Origin: Alphaproteobacteria bacterium
GTDB taxonomy: Bacteria > Pseudomonadota > Alphaproteobacteria > GCA-2731375
Direction: 5' to 3'
Length of the DNA: 64,000 bases
NCBI GenBank assembly: GCA_965225945.1
Contig: CBDDBZ010000037.1
Coordinates: forward strand, 32,001 to 96,000
Positions 40,405 to 50,903 of the stretch are shown here, piece after piece. The translations under genes and the position numbers were made by a program. The notes below the pieces were generated by a model. That model had not been told where the DNA came from, did no database searches, and saw only the letters and a list, made by a program, of their open reading frames with translations. Position 1 is the stretch's first letter. Every line of letters starts with the position of its first letter.

Positions 40405-42808
40405 TTATCGGGGTGATTTGAGCCAGGCCGAGGCCTCGGAGATCCTGGGCATGTCGGAGCGGACGTTCCGGCGCTGGCGGGACCGCTATGAGGCCGAGGG
40501 TGCCGAGGGCTTGTACGACCGGCGCCTTGGTCGGGTCTCGGCGCGCCGCGCGCCGGTGGACGAGGTGATGCGGGTGCTGGAGCTGTTCGAGACGCGCTAC
40601 CCAGACTTCACGGCCAAGCACTTCCACGAGAAGCTGGTCTCCGAGCATGGCTTTGAGCTGAGCTACAACTGGCTTCAGCCTGAGCTTGCAGGCGCACGGC
40701 AAGATCAAGCCGGCGCCCAGGCGCGGGGCGCACCGCCGGAAGCGGCCGCGCCGCCCGGTGGTGGGGATGATGCTGCACCAGGACGGCTCGAGCCACGAGT
40801 GGGTTCCCGGCCAGTGGTGGGACCTGATCGTGACCATGGACGATGCGACATCGGAGGTCTATTCGGGCTTCTTCGTTGCCGAGGAGGGCACGATTAGCAC
40901 GTTCCTGGGGCTTGGCGAGGTGATCGCCGAGCACGGGCTGTTCTGCTCGCTCTACGCCGATCGGGGCGCGCACTACTGGCACACGCCCGTGGCCGGCGGC
41001 GGTGTGGATAAGGACAATCCGACCCAGGTCGGCCGCGCCCTGGCACAGCTCGGCATCGAGTTGATCGCGGCCTATTCGCCGCAGGCCCGGGGCCGCTCGG
41101 AGCGTATGTTCGGGACCTTGCAGAAGCGCCTGCCCCAAGAGCTGCGGCTGGCCGGGATCGCCACCATGGCCGAGGCCAATCGCTTTCTGAAGGAGCTCTT
41201 CTGGCCGGCGCACAACGCCCGCTTCGCCCACCCGGCCGCGGACACCGGCTCGGCCTTCGTGGCTTTTGCCGGCACGCTCGAGGACATCCTCTGCGTCCAG
41301 GAGGACCGCGTCGTCGCGGGCGACAACACCGTGCGCTACAAGAACCGCACGCTGCAGATCGCGGCCGATCGCCACCGCCACCACTACGTCAAGGCGCAGG
41401 TCCGGGTGCACGAATATCCCGACGGCCACCTGGCCGTCTTCCACGGACCCAGGTGTCTGGCGCGCTACCGCGCCGACGGCGAAACCATCGACGACGACAG
41501 GCTCCAGGCCGCGTGACCCGCTTCGACGCGACCGAGCCCGGGCCTGTGGATAAGTGGACAGCTCGGCAAAGCAGCCGACCTGACCACTCCCCCACAGACC
41601 CAACAACCACAACAGAAGCGGTCAATTCATATGGTACATAAAGCGGTCAACTCAGTTTGTTATACTCGCCTCACCCCAGAACCCGAAAATCCTTGTGCGA
41701 GATGATTCGGAAATTGTCGGTGATGGTGTCGCGCCACGTCGTCCACTCTCGTGGCAGTCGTCGGCGGAAGAAATCGTCGATGGCTTCGGTGAAGAGGGCG
41801 AAGCTGGCGTAGAAGCTGTTGTGGGTCACCTCGCGATGCATGACGCCCCATAATCGCTCGATGGCGTTGAGGTGGGGAGCGTAGGACGGTTGGAAGATGA
41901 GCTTGATGCGGCAACCCGGTCTCTCCAGCCATTGTCGGACCAGGCGGGCGTAGTGATAGCGGGCATTGTCGGCGAAGACATAGATCCGCGACTTGCCGGG
42001 ATTGGTGGCCTCCAGCATCTCGAACAGCGCGATCGTCGAGGCGGCGTTGATCCTCTCGGCCTGGACCAAGGGGCAGTGGAAGTTTTCCAGGTTGAGCGCG
42101 CCGTGGAGATTGATGCGCTGGCGCCCCGAGGTCCGGCGTAACGCCACTCTGTCGCCCTTCTTGACCCAGCCATGGACTGGGCGGGACTGGAATTCCGGGT
42201 GCACCGCATCGGCGAAGTAGACCACCTCGTCGGCGGCCAAGCCGTTGAGCAACTTATCATAGGCCTCGATAAAGGCGGCCTGCTCGGCCTCATCGGCCTG
42301 AGCCGGCAGGCTTTTCGGGCGCTTGTATTCGAAGCCCAGGCGATGCATCACCTTGATGCAGCCCGAATGGCTGTAGATCACTCCGTAGGTCGCCTTGATA
42401 TGGGCCGCCACCTCGCCGGTATCGCGGTAAAGCCGTTGGCTCAGATGGGCCGAAAGCTCCGCCTCTTGCTCCCGGCTCAGATGGCCCGACCGGCCATGCC
42501 AGTCGAACAGCGTCATTTCATCCAGGCCGCCCGCACGGTAGCGCTTCAGCCACGTCCGCACCGTGTCGTCGTCGAGGTAGAGCACCTTCGCCACCTCGAC
42601 GCAGCTCAAGCCGTCATCCAAGAGCAGAACGGCGTTCGCGCGGCGCGCCACCCCGTGGGTCTCGCTCGGATGCCCCATCACCGCCTCCAGGGCCGCGCGT
42701 TCCTCGATGCTCAGAAATCCACCGCGAATCATGACTGCGAGAAGAATCGATCCGCAGCCGGATTGCCAGAACTTTTTCGGGTCTGCGGGGAGTCGGGGTA
42801 TATCGACA
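40405..42808 (+). mobile_element. 5'-truncated IS481/ISNCY-like element (frameshifted transposase about 40405-41516), right end interrupted by IS630
   Basis: LSQAEASEILGMSERTFRRW HTH; HQDGS, MDDATS and YSPQARGRSER; repeated AAGCGGTCAA in the end, terminus ..GTTA|TCGACA at 42808. Confidence 0.85.
41663..42800 (-). mobile_element. IS630-family element, single-ORF transposase 41671-42732
   Basis: TA duplication; imperfect IRs containing CCCGAAAA; FADAVHP, ADNARYH and PHLNAIERLW. Confidence 0.92.
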
Positions 42809-43009
42809 GATCAATGGAGAGCGTCGTTGCGAATGGGGCCATGCTGTTTGGCTGACGGAGCTTCCGAGAGAGATCGGCCCCACAATCGCGAATTGCGTGC
42901 ACTCGGGGACAATCGCGATTTATAACGCCCATGATGAATTCGAAGCTTGCCGGCCCCCCAAACGTGGTCGACTCCGCGCGCCCCCGAGGGCCTGATCGTG
43001 CCGCGTGCG

Positions 43010-43225
43010 CTCCCCGGGCGAGGTCGCGGCCGAGGCGATCGAGGCCGACGTGCACGTGGCCGGGGTCTGCAACAAGGCGCCGATGTCGACGTCGAAGCCG
43101 ATGTCGGCGAAGGCGATCCCCTCGGGCCCCCGCTCGTGCCCGTCCTGGCCCAGCTTGGCGACCGGCAGGCGGCGGCCCTCGCTGGCGGCGAAGCCCTCGA
43201 TCTCGCCCGCCACCGCCTCGAAGAC
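43010..43225. repeat. Diverged, partly inverted copy of the methylmalonyl-CoA mutase 3' region
   Basis: Encodes [35 protein letters not shown] on the minus strand and [15 protein letters not shown] on the plus strand, matching about 48930-49150. Confidence 0.85.
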
Positions 43226-43513
43226 GGCATCGCGCTCGCGGCGGTGGCGGCGCCGCGAGAAACCCACCGCGCGGGACGTCATCGATGCCCCGAGCCCAAG
43301 CAAAAGCATTCAGTTAGGCGGAAAAGCATTCAGTTTCGGGCGAAAATGAAGGCTCAATTCGTGAATTGTATGCATTAGTGATAGAGTGCCTGGAACGTCA
43401 TGTTAGCGGTGGTTCCAGGGTGCGCTTATATGGTGCTCTTTTTGAGCGGTCGGTGGCGGTTGGCTGACGGGATGCTTTTGGGCTTGGCTGATTTTGTTTC
43501 GCGCTGTGGCTAT

Positions 43514-44410
43514 TCAGTCGAGGGGCCGGTCATCGATCTGGAGCGGTTCGCCGGCGCGGTCGCGCATGAGCATGTCGTTCCAGTCCAGGCCGTCGAGGGC
43601 AGGGCGCAGGCGGACGACCCTGCTGTCGTTTCGGATGAGCCGTGCCGCGGCGTCATCGCCCTGGCGGGTGGCGTCGTAGGCGCAGAAGATCCGGCCGGGG
43701 TTCCAGGCCTCGATCCATTCGGGGAGGCTTGCGGTGGCGCCGCCGGTTGAGACCACGGCGCATCCCTTGCGCCCGGCCGGGACGAGGTGGAGGGAGAGGA
43801 CCGACAGGGCGTCGATTGCGTTCTTGGCGAGGATGACGGAGTTCGGCCAGTCGGGTTCCCACGACATCCAGAAGCCGCCGCGCGCGGCGGCGCCGGTCGG
43901 CGCGAGGCGGCGTGGCGCCGCGGCAGGGACGATCTCGGCGCCGAGAGCCTCGCCGGCCGCGTTTCGGCGGACGAACACGGCGTTGCCGTGGCGGTCGGCG
44001 TAGAGCAAGCCGAGGTCGCGGCACAGGGCGACGAGCACATCCGCGAGGCCGCGCTGCTCGACGAGGTAGCTCTGGATGGCGGGCCAGTGGCGGTCCGGGC
44101 ACGGCGGCTTCGGGTGGCGATCGGCCGGGAACCGGTCACGGCACGGCAGTTCCGAGAAGAAGCCGAGGGCCTCGGGCACGGTGCACCGGCAGGCATGGAT
44201 TACCAGGTCGATCGCTCCGCCCCCGCCCTCGCCGCGCAGATGTTCGTAGAACATAAAGCCGTTGATGCTGACGACGGATCCGGGACGCCTCCAGCGCGCG
44301 GCATCGGTGGGATCGCGGCGGTAGCCGAGGCGGCGGACGACGTCTTCGAGGGGATAGCCTCGCAGGGCCTCGGCCCGCACCCGCCGGTCCCAGAGGCGGG
44401 GACCATCCAT
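43514..44410 (-). CDS. DUF3991/TOPRIM primase-like protein
   Basis: GGGGAIDLVIH, YLVEQRGL..GLLYADRHGNAVF, AIDALS, STGG, CAYD and DWND; starts 2 bp after the istB stop. Confidence 0.85.
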   Translation of the reverse strand: MDGPRLWDRRVRAEALRGYPLEDVVRRLGYRRDPTDAARWRRPGSVVSINGFMFYEHLRGEGGGGAIDLVIHACRCTVPEALGFFSELPCRDRFPADRHPKPPCPDRHWPAIQSYLVEQRGLADVLVALCRDLGLLYADRHGNAVFVRRNAAGEALGAEIVPAAAPRRLAPTGAAARGGFWMSWEPDWPNSVILAKNAIDALSVLSLHLVPAGRKGCAVVSTGGATASLPEWIEAWNPGRIFCAYDATRQGDDAAARLIRNDSRVVRLRPALDGLDWNDMLMRDRAGEPLQIDDRPLD

Positions 44411-44412
44411 GG

Positions 44413-45201
44413 CTACGCCGGCGGCGGTTCCCCGCGGTCCTGCGCGCCGGCCTTGCCGGCTCGCCGCCGGCGGCGCTCGGCGCTGCGCTGCTTCTGGCGT
44501 TCCTCGGCCTCCTTGCGGCGCCAGGACTCGGCGTCGATGGCGATGATCTCGGCGTTGTGGACGAGGCGGTCGACCAGGGCGACGAGGCAGGCGGCGTTGG
44601 GGAAGGCCTCACCCCACTCGGCGAAGGGCCGGTTGGTGGTGATTATGGTGGAGTTCTGCTGGCTGCGGCTGGAGACGATGTTGAACAGCAGATCGGCATG
44701 GCGGTTGCTGTAGGACAGGTATCCGACCTCGTCGATCACCAGCAGGTGCTGGCGGGCGTAGAAGCGCAGCCTGCGCTGAAGCAGGGTGTCGCTGTCGAGG
44801 GCGGCGAGCTCGCCGAGCATGCTGGCCGCGGTGGCGAAGCGCACGGTGTGGCCCTCGAGGACGGCGCGGTGGGCGATATTGGCGGCGATGGTCGACTTGC
44901 CGACGCCGTTTGGGCCGACCAGGACGACGTTGGCGGCCTCGTTGAGGAACTCGAGGCTCATGAGATCCTCGACGGCCATGCGGTCGCAGCGGCGCGGCCA
45001 TGCCCAGTCGAAGTCGGCGAGCGGCTTGAACTGTCCGAGGCGGGCGTCGCCGAGGCGGCGCTTGAGGCTGCGGCTTCGCCGTTCCTCCTCTTCCCAGGCG
45101 ACCAGCGCAGCGGGCCAGTCATGCCCGGCGACCTCGCCCCAGTGGGCGGCGAGGCCGTGCAGGCCGAGCGCCCGGGCACGGCCCATGAGGGTATCGTTCA
45201 T
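44413..45201 (-). CDS. istB: IS21 helper AAA+ ATPase
   Basis: [31 protein letters not shown] and LVDRLVH. Confidence 0.95.
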   Translation of the reverse strand: MNDTLMGRARALGLHGLAAHWGEVAGHDWPAALVAWEEEERRSRSLKRRLGDARLGQFKPLADFDWAWPRRCDRMAVEDLMSLEFLNEAANVVLVGPNGVGKSTIAANIAHRAVLEGHTVRFATAASMLGELAALDSDTLLQRRLRFYARQHLLVIDEVGYLSYSNRHADLLFNIVSSRSQQNSTIITTNRPFAEWGEAFPNAACLVALVDRLVHNAEIIAIDAESWRRKEAEERQKQRSAERRRRRAGKAGAQDRGEPPPA

Positions 45202-46703
45202 TGCTCGCTGTCCTCCTCGGGTTCGCCGGCCAGCCCGTCGTATCCGACGAGGTCGTGATCGCGGACAGTGATGTCGCGCACTCTCGGATCGCCGGGCAGT
45301 TCGACGGGGATGGGCGGGGGTTGGTGCCGCAGCTCGCGCCGCCGGGTCAGGCTCAGGCGCACGGCGTTGGGATGGGGAACGTCCCGCTTCAGGGCCTCGT
45401 CGATGGCCGCCTCGAGCTCGGCGGCGCCGTAGGCGTCGAGGAGGCGCAACAGGGCGGCGACGGTGGCGCCTATATAGCCGCCGCGCTGGGCGGCCTCGGC
45501 GAGCAGGCGCTCGCTGTTGGGCGCGGCCTGGACCAGCCGGTCCTGGCCGCGAAGGCGGCGGGCATGGCTCTTGCGCCTGACCAGCTCGGCGATGTGCTCG
45601 GGGTTCTCGATGCGGGCCGCCTTGTCGAAGCTGCGCGGATGGCTGGCGATGACGTCCACACCGTCGAGGATGCGCACCTCGTCGAGCGTCGCGACCACGA
45701 CGAGGGTGCGCCGCACATGGGTGTGCGGCACGCTGTAATCGTTGAGATCGAAGCGGGCGTAGGGGGTCTTGCCGATGGCGACCTCGACCCGGTCGTGGTC
45801 GGGGAAGGGATCGCCGGGCAGCGCGATGAGAGAGCCGCGTTCCCGCTCGAAGGCCTCGCGCACGGTGATCGAGCGGTCTTCGGGCCAGGGGCGGTCGGCG
45901 GCGATGCCGTGGCACCAGGCCAGGGCCTGGGCGTTGAGATCGTCGATATCGCGCCACCGGCGGGCGGCGAAGAAGCTGGTCCGGACATAGCGAATCGCCC
46001 GCTCCACGCGCCCCTTCTCGTTGCCGCGCGCGACCGCGACGGGCTTGGGCAGGAAGTGGTAGTGGCCGGCGAGGTCGAGGATCCGGGGATTGAACCGGAT
46101 GGCGGCGCCGCGGCGCTCCAGCACGACGCTCTTCAGGTTGTCGTACCAGAGCTCGCGGGGCACGCCCTGCCACGCCTCGAAGGCTTCGACATGGCCGCGC
46201 AGGAAGTTGCTCATCCCGGCGTCGAGGTAGAAGCGCAGGAAGATCCGCCGCGAGTAGCTGAGAACCATCACGAAGCCCATCAGGCGGCGCTCCGCGCGGC
46301 CGATCGTCACCTTGCCGAAGTGTCCCCAGTCGACCTGGGCCTGCTCGCCGGGAAGGGTCTTGAGGCGCAGATAGGCCTCGGCCACGGGCCTGGGCCTGAA
46401 GTGGCTGAGCAGATGACGGAAGTGGTCGCCGCCGCCCGGATAGCCGCGTTCGCGCACCATCTGGTAGAGCCGGCTGGCGGGCAGCGTCGGCCAGGATGCC
46501 AGCGTCTCGGCGATGAACGGCACGTATGGATCGATCATCGACGGCCTGGGCGACCTCGCGTCCCGGGGCTCGCCGGCCGCGGTGAGGAGGCGCTCGACGG
46601 TGTAGCGATGCACGCCGAGCTGGCGTGTGATCGTGCCGACCGTCCACTTCTCGACGTGATACAGGCGCAGGATCTCCGCGCGGGTCTCCTTGTCGATGGT
46701 CAT
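45198..46703 (-). CDS. istA: IS21 transposase
   Basis: [24 protein letters not shown] and [12 protein letters not shown]. Confidence 0.95.
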   Translation of the reverse strand: MTIDKETRAEILRLYHVEKWTVGTITRQLGVHRYTVERLLTAAGEPRDARSPRPSMIDPYVPFIAETLASWPTLPASRLYQMVRERGYPGGGDHFRHLLSHFRPRPVAEAYLRLKTLPGEQAQVDWGHFGKVTIGRAERRLMGFVMVLSYSRRIFLRFYLDAGMSNFLRGHVEAFEAWQGVPRELWYDNLKSVVLERRGAAIRFNPRILDLAGHYHFLPKPVAVARGNEKGRVERAIRYVRTSFFAARRWRDIDDLNAQALAWCHGIAADRPWPEDRSITVREAFERERGSLIALPGDPFPDHDRVEVAIGKTPYARFDLNDYSVPHTHVRRTLVVVATLDEVRILDGVDVIASHPRSFDKAARIENPEHIAELVRRKSHARRLRGQDRLVQAAPNSERLLAEAAQRGGYIGATVAALLRLLDAYGAAELEAAIDEALKRDVPHPNAVRLSLTRRRELRHQPPPIPVELPGDPRVRDITVRDHDLVGYDGLAGEPEEDSEQ

Positions 46704-47140
46704 CTCACCCCCTTTCCCGTCGGGCGCAGCCCCGGATAGACCGCCTGCCCGCAGAACCGGCCGCAGCGATCGCAGCGGAAGACCCTGGCGGGCCGCTCGT
46801 GCCCGAAGGGCCGTGTTCCGGGACGCCCTGCCGGCGTCCGCGCCACAACAGGACGCCGCCGCGCGGCGGTCAAAGGGTGATGCGTCACTTCCTGCCCGCG
46901 GCGCCGATTCACCGGCGTCCGGCGCCGCCGGCGTTCGCGATAGCGCCGCTGGCGCTCAGCATGCTTGTGACGGCCCCGCCGGCTGTTCTGGTAGCGCTGC
47001 CCGGCATGGCGCTGCGATCGCCGGCGCACCCGATCGCTGCAGCTCCGTGAACAGTAGATGTTGCCGTGGTCGCAGTGCCGGCAGAGAACCACCTGTTGAT
47101 GGCACGAGGCGCAGTTGAACAGGCGGGCGGTGTTCTTCAT
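46700..47140 (-). CDS. Small basic Cys-rich (Zn-finger-like) protein coupled to istA
   Basis: CASC-x6-CRHC-x6-CSRSC, an Arg-rich helix and C-terminal CDRCGRFC; the stop overlaps the istA start (ATGA). Confidence 0.75.
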   Translation of the reverse strand: MKNTARLFNCASCHQQVVLCRHCDHGNIYCSRSCSDRVRRRSQRHAGQRYQNSRRGRHKHAERQRRYRERRRRRTPVNRRRGQEVTHHPLTAARRRPVVARTPAGRPGTRPFGHERPARVFRCDRCGRFCGQAVYPGLRPTGKGVR

Positions 47141-47560
47141 CGCGCAGCCGATGAGAACGGGGTGGACCCACGCCCAAACCCGCACGATACTGCGCATATG
47201 GGTCGTGCCTTGCATGGCTCGGGGGGTGCGGTGCCGGTCGTTGCCAGCAAGCAAACGGGGCCGGCGCCGCATCGTTCTCAGCGGCCCGAGTGTACTCCCG
47301 CGGCTCCCCTTGTCAGGTCCGCGGAACCGCCGCCGCCAGCCAGCCAAAACAGGAATCGAGACGCCCGCCCGCGGTGGATAAGCAGCCCGCCGCCGCCAGA
47401 CTCTTGGCGGTCGCTGCGGCGGGCTACTTACCCACCGCTGCGCCGAGCCAACTCCCGCCTGCAAACCACGCAGCTACAGCGCCACGATGCCCGATGTCGC
47501 TGAAATCACCATCTAAGCGCGGTTTTTCATCGCCACCGACAAACGTCAGGAGGTTGGGTT

Positions 47561-48499
47561 ATGGACGGCAAGGGTTTCCAGGTGTGGCTTTCGGCGGCGC
47601 GCGGGCTGACGCGCGCGCAGCGGCGCGAGGCGCTCGCGGTGCTGTCGGGCCGGAGCGAGGGCGAGGCATCGAAGGCCGCGATCGAGCTTGGTGTGGACGA
47701 GGCCCGGCGCTGTCCGCACTGCGCGAGCGAAGGGGCGGTTTCGCGCGGTATGGCGCGGGGTCTGCGGCGCTACCAGTGCAAGGGCTGCGGCAGGACCTTC
47801 AACGCGCTGAGCGGTACGCCGCTGTCGGGCTTGCACCACAAGGAACGCTGGCTGTCGTTCGGGGCGTCGCTGGCGAAGGGGGAGACGGTGAAGGCCTCGG
47901 CGGCGCGCTGCGACGTGGCGGTGAGCACGGCGTTCCGCTGGCGTCACCGGTTTCTGGCGGCGGCGCGGAGCGATTCGGAGGTGCTCAAGGGGATCGTGGA
48001 AGCGGACGAGACCTACGTCCTGGAGAGCCGGAAGGGCGCGCGCGGGCTGGGGCGCAAGGCACGGCGGCGGGGCGGCAAGGCGAAGAAGCGCGGCCTCTCG
48101 CGCGAGCAGGTACCGGTTCTCATGGCGGCGGACCGGAGCGGAACGACGGTCAGCGCGGTGCTGCCCAGGGTCGATGCGGCGGCGCTCACGGCTGCCCTCG
48201 ACCCGGTGGTCGCGAAGGACGCCCTGCTGGTCTCCGACGGCGGCGCGAGCTACCCACCGTGCGCCGCCGCGCTCGGGGTGAGCCACGAAGCACTCAACCG
48301 CTCGATGGGGGAACGGGTTCGGGGCGATCTGCATGTGCAGACGGTGAACAGCCGCCACAGCCGGTTGAAGGACTTCCTGCGTCCCCGCCGCGGCATCGCC
48401 ACCCGCTATCTGGACAACTACCTGAGCTGGTTCCACCTCGTCGGCCTCGCCCCCGGCGCCAATGACCGAGCCTGCCTCGCCGCCGCCGTAACAAGGTGA
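47561..48499 (+). CDS. IS1595-family transposase
   Basis: CPHC..CKGC Zn ribbon; VEADETY, LVSDG, HVQTVN and GIATRYLDNY. Confidence 0.95.
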   Translation: MDGKGFQVWLSAARGLTRAQRREALAVLSGRSEGEASKAAIELGVDEARRCPHCASEGAVSRGMARGLRRYQCKGCGRTFNALSGTPLSGLHHKERWLSFGASLAKGETVKASAARCDVAVSTAFRWRHRFLAAARSDSEVLKGIVEADETYVLESRKGARGLGRKARRRGGKAKKRGLSREQVPVLMAADRSGTTVSAVLPRVDAAALTAALDPVVAKDALLVSDGGASYPPCAAALGVSHEALNRSMGERVRGDLHVQTVNSRHSRLKDFLRPRRGIATRYLDNYLSWFHLVGLAPGANDRACLAAAVTR

Positions 48500-48695
48500 C
48501 GCATACAATTCACGAATTGAGCCAAAATGAATGCCTCATGAATGCGATTTTGGCCGCCGGAGGGCCCCTCGACACACTCATAAAGCAAAATACGGGGGCG
48601 GGTCGCGAGCTTCGTGGTCCCATACCGGAGAGCTTGGCGCCACGAGGCCAAATCGGCGCTCCGTCGAGCCGACCCACGGGTCGAATCGCCGTCCC

Positions 48696-50846
48696 CTACG
48701 CCGCCTTTCGCTCGCCGGCGAGCAGGGCGAGGATCTCGCGGGCGGCGGTGGGGATGAGGGTGCCGGGGCCGTAGACGGCGGCGACGCCGGCCTCATGCAA
48801 AAAGCCATGGTCGCGGGTCGGGATGACGCCGCCGCAGACCACCAGAATCCCGGCCCCGCCCTCGGCCCGGAGCGCCTCGATCAGCTCCGGCACCAAGGTC
48901 TTGTGGCCCGCCGCCTGGGTCGAGACGCCGACCACGTGCACGTCGTTCTCGATCGCCTCGGCCGCGACCTCGCCCGGGGTCTGGAACAGGGCGCCGATAT
49001 CGACGTCGAAGCCGATGTCGGCGAAGGCGGTGGCGATCACCTTGGCGCCGCGGTCGTGGCCGTCCTGGCCCAGCTTGGCGACCAGCAGGCGGGGCCGGCG
49101 GCCCTCGCTGGCGGCGAAGGCCTCGATCTCGGCCCTCACCGCCTCGAATTCGCCGTCGCCCTCGAAAGCCTGGCCGTAGACCCCGGAGATCGAGCGGATC
49201 TCGGCCCGGTAACGGCCGAAGACGTCCTCCATGGCCAGGCTCATCTCGCCGAGGGTGGCCCGTGCGCGGGCCGCCTCGACGGAGAGCGCCAGCAGATTGG
49301 CCTCGCCCTGGGCACCGTTGCGCAGCGAATTGAGCGCCGCCACCACCGCCGCCTCGTCGCGGCCCTCACGGAGCTGGGCGAGCCGCGCGATCTGGCGCTC
49401 GCGCACCTCGGTATTGTCGATCTCGCGGACCTCGACCTCCTCGCCTGTCTCGCCGAGGTATTTGTTGACGCCGACGACGACCTCCTCGCCGCGCTCGATT
49501 CCAGCCTGGCGCCGCGCCGCCGCCGCCTCGATTTCGAGCTTCGGCATGCCGGCCTCGACGGCGCGCGTCATGCCGCCCATGGCCTCGACCTCCTCGATCA
49601 GCGACCAGGCGTGGCGCGCCAGCGCGTCGGTCAGCGCCTCGATATAATAGCTGCCGCCCAGGGGATCGACGACGCGGGCCACGCCGGTCTCCTCGGAGAG
49701 GATCAATTGGGTGTTGCGGGCCACGGTGGCGGCGAAGTCGGAGGGCAGCGCGATCGCCTCGTCGAAGGAGTTGGTATGCAAGCTCTGCGTGCCGCCCAGG
49801 ACCGCGGCCAGCGCCTCGTAGGCGGTGCGCACGATGTTGTTGTGGGGCGATTGCTCGGTCAGGCTGACGCCGCTGGTTTGGCAATGGGTCCGCAGCATCA
49901 AGGAGCGGGGCGAGGTTGGCTCGAAACCCGCGACGATGCGGGCCCACAGCAGCCGGGCCGCGCGCAGCTTGGCGATCTCCATGAAGAAATTCATGCCGAT
50001 GCCGAAGAAGAAGGAGAGGCGGCCGGCGAAGGCGTCGATCGCCAGGCCGCGATCCGTCGCCGCGCGTACGTATTCCAGGCCGTCGGCCAGCGTGAAGGCG
50101 AGTTCCTGCACCGCCGTGGCACCGGCCTCCCCCATGTGGTAGCCGGAGATCGAGATCGAGTTGAAGCGCGGCATCTCGGCGGCCGTGTATTCGATCACGT
50201 CGGCGACGATCCGCATCGAGGGCGCCGGGGGATAGATATAGGTGTTGCGGACCATGAATTCCTTGAGGATGTCGTTCTGGATGGTCCCGGAAAGCTTTGC
50301 CCTGGGCGTCCCCTGCTCCTCGCCGGCGACGATGAAGGCCGCCAGGGTCGGCAGCACGGCGCCGTTCATGGTCATCGAGACGCTCATGCCCTGAAGCGCG
50401 ATCCCCTCGAAGAGGCGCTTCATGTCCTCGACCGAGTCGATCGCCACGCCGGCCTTGCCGACGTCGCCCACCACGCGCTCGTGATCGGAATCGTAGCCCC
50501 GGTGGGTCGCCAGGTCGAAGGCGACGGAAAGCCCGGTCTGCCCGCCCGCGATGGCGCGACGATAGAAGGCGTTGGAATCTTCCGCCGTCGAGAAACCGGC
50601 GTATTGGCGGATCGTCCACGGCCGGTTGGCGTACATCGTCGCGCGGATGCCCCGGGTGAACGGCGCCAGGCCGGGCAGCGTGTCGCAGCCCTCCAGCCCC
50701 TCCAGGTCGGCCGCCGTGTAGAGCGGCTTGACGGCGATGCCTTCCGCCGTCTCCCACTCGAGCTCGAGGTCGAGGCACTCCCGCTTCAGCTCCTTGGCCG
50801 CCAGCCGGCGCCAGGCCTCGAGACCGATTCCCGCATCCTCGCTCAT
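48696..50846 (-). CDS. scpA: Methylmalonyl-CoA mutase (B12-dependent)
   Basis: [33 protein letters not shown] and B12-binding [11 protein letters not shown]. Confidence 0.97.
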   Translation of the reverse strand: MSEDAGIGLEAWRRLAAKELKRECLDLELEWETAEGIAVKPLYTAADLEGLEGCDTLPGLAPFTRGIRATMYANRPWTIRQYAGFSTAEDSNAFYRRAIAGGQTGLSVAFDLATHRGYDSDHERVVGDVGKAGVAIDSVEDMKRLFEGIALQGMSVSMTMNGAVLPTLAAFIVAGEEQGTPRAKLSGTIQNDILKEFMVRNTYIYPPAPSMRIVADVIEYTAAEMPRFNSISISGYHMGEAGATAVQELAFTLADGLEYVRAATDRGLAIDAFAGRLSFFFGIGMNFFMEIAKLRAARLLWARIVAGFEPTSPRSLMLRTHCQTSGVSLTEQSPHNNIVRTAYEALAAVLGGTQSLHTNSFDEAIALPSDFAATVARNTQLILSEETGVARVVDPLGGSYYIEALTDALARHAWSLIEEVEAMGGMTRAVEAGMPKLEIEAAAARRQAGIERGEEVVVGVNKYLGETGEEVEVREIDNTEVRERQIARLAQLREGRDEAAVVAALNSLRNGAQGEANLLALSVEAARARATLGEMSLAMEDVFGRYRAEIRSISGVYGQAFEGDGEFEAVRAEIEAFAASEGRRPRLLVAKLGQDGHDRGAKVIATAFADIGFDVDIGALFQTPGEVAAEAIENDVHVVGVSTQAAGHKTLVPELIEALRAEGGAGILVVCGGVIPTRDHGFLHEAGVAAVYGPGTLIPTAAREILALLAGERKAA

Positions 50847-50903
50847 GCTCGCCTCCTCCGCGCCCTCGTCGTCGCGATGGGCGTGCCTTTATAGCAGAGG
50901 GCG

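Larger units (their letters stand above)
43401..47541 (-). mobile_element. 4.1-kb IS21-like transposon with two accessory genes
   Basis: TGT..ACA termini with shared GCGCTTA(T/G)ATGGTG; 7-bp TSD AACGTCA at 43394-43400 and 47542-47548. Confidence 0.92.
43351..48523 (+). mobile_element. IS1595-family element containing a nested IS21-like transposon
   Basis: IRs GGCTCAATTCGTGAATTGTATGC / GCATACAATTCACGAATTGAGCC; 8-bp TSD AAAATGAA at 43343-43350 and 48524-48531. Confidence 0.95.
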
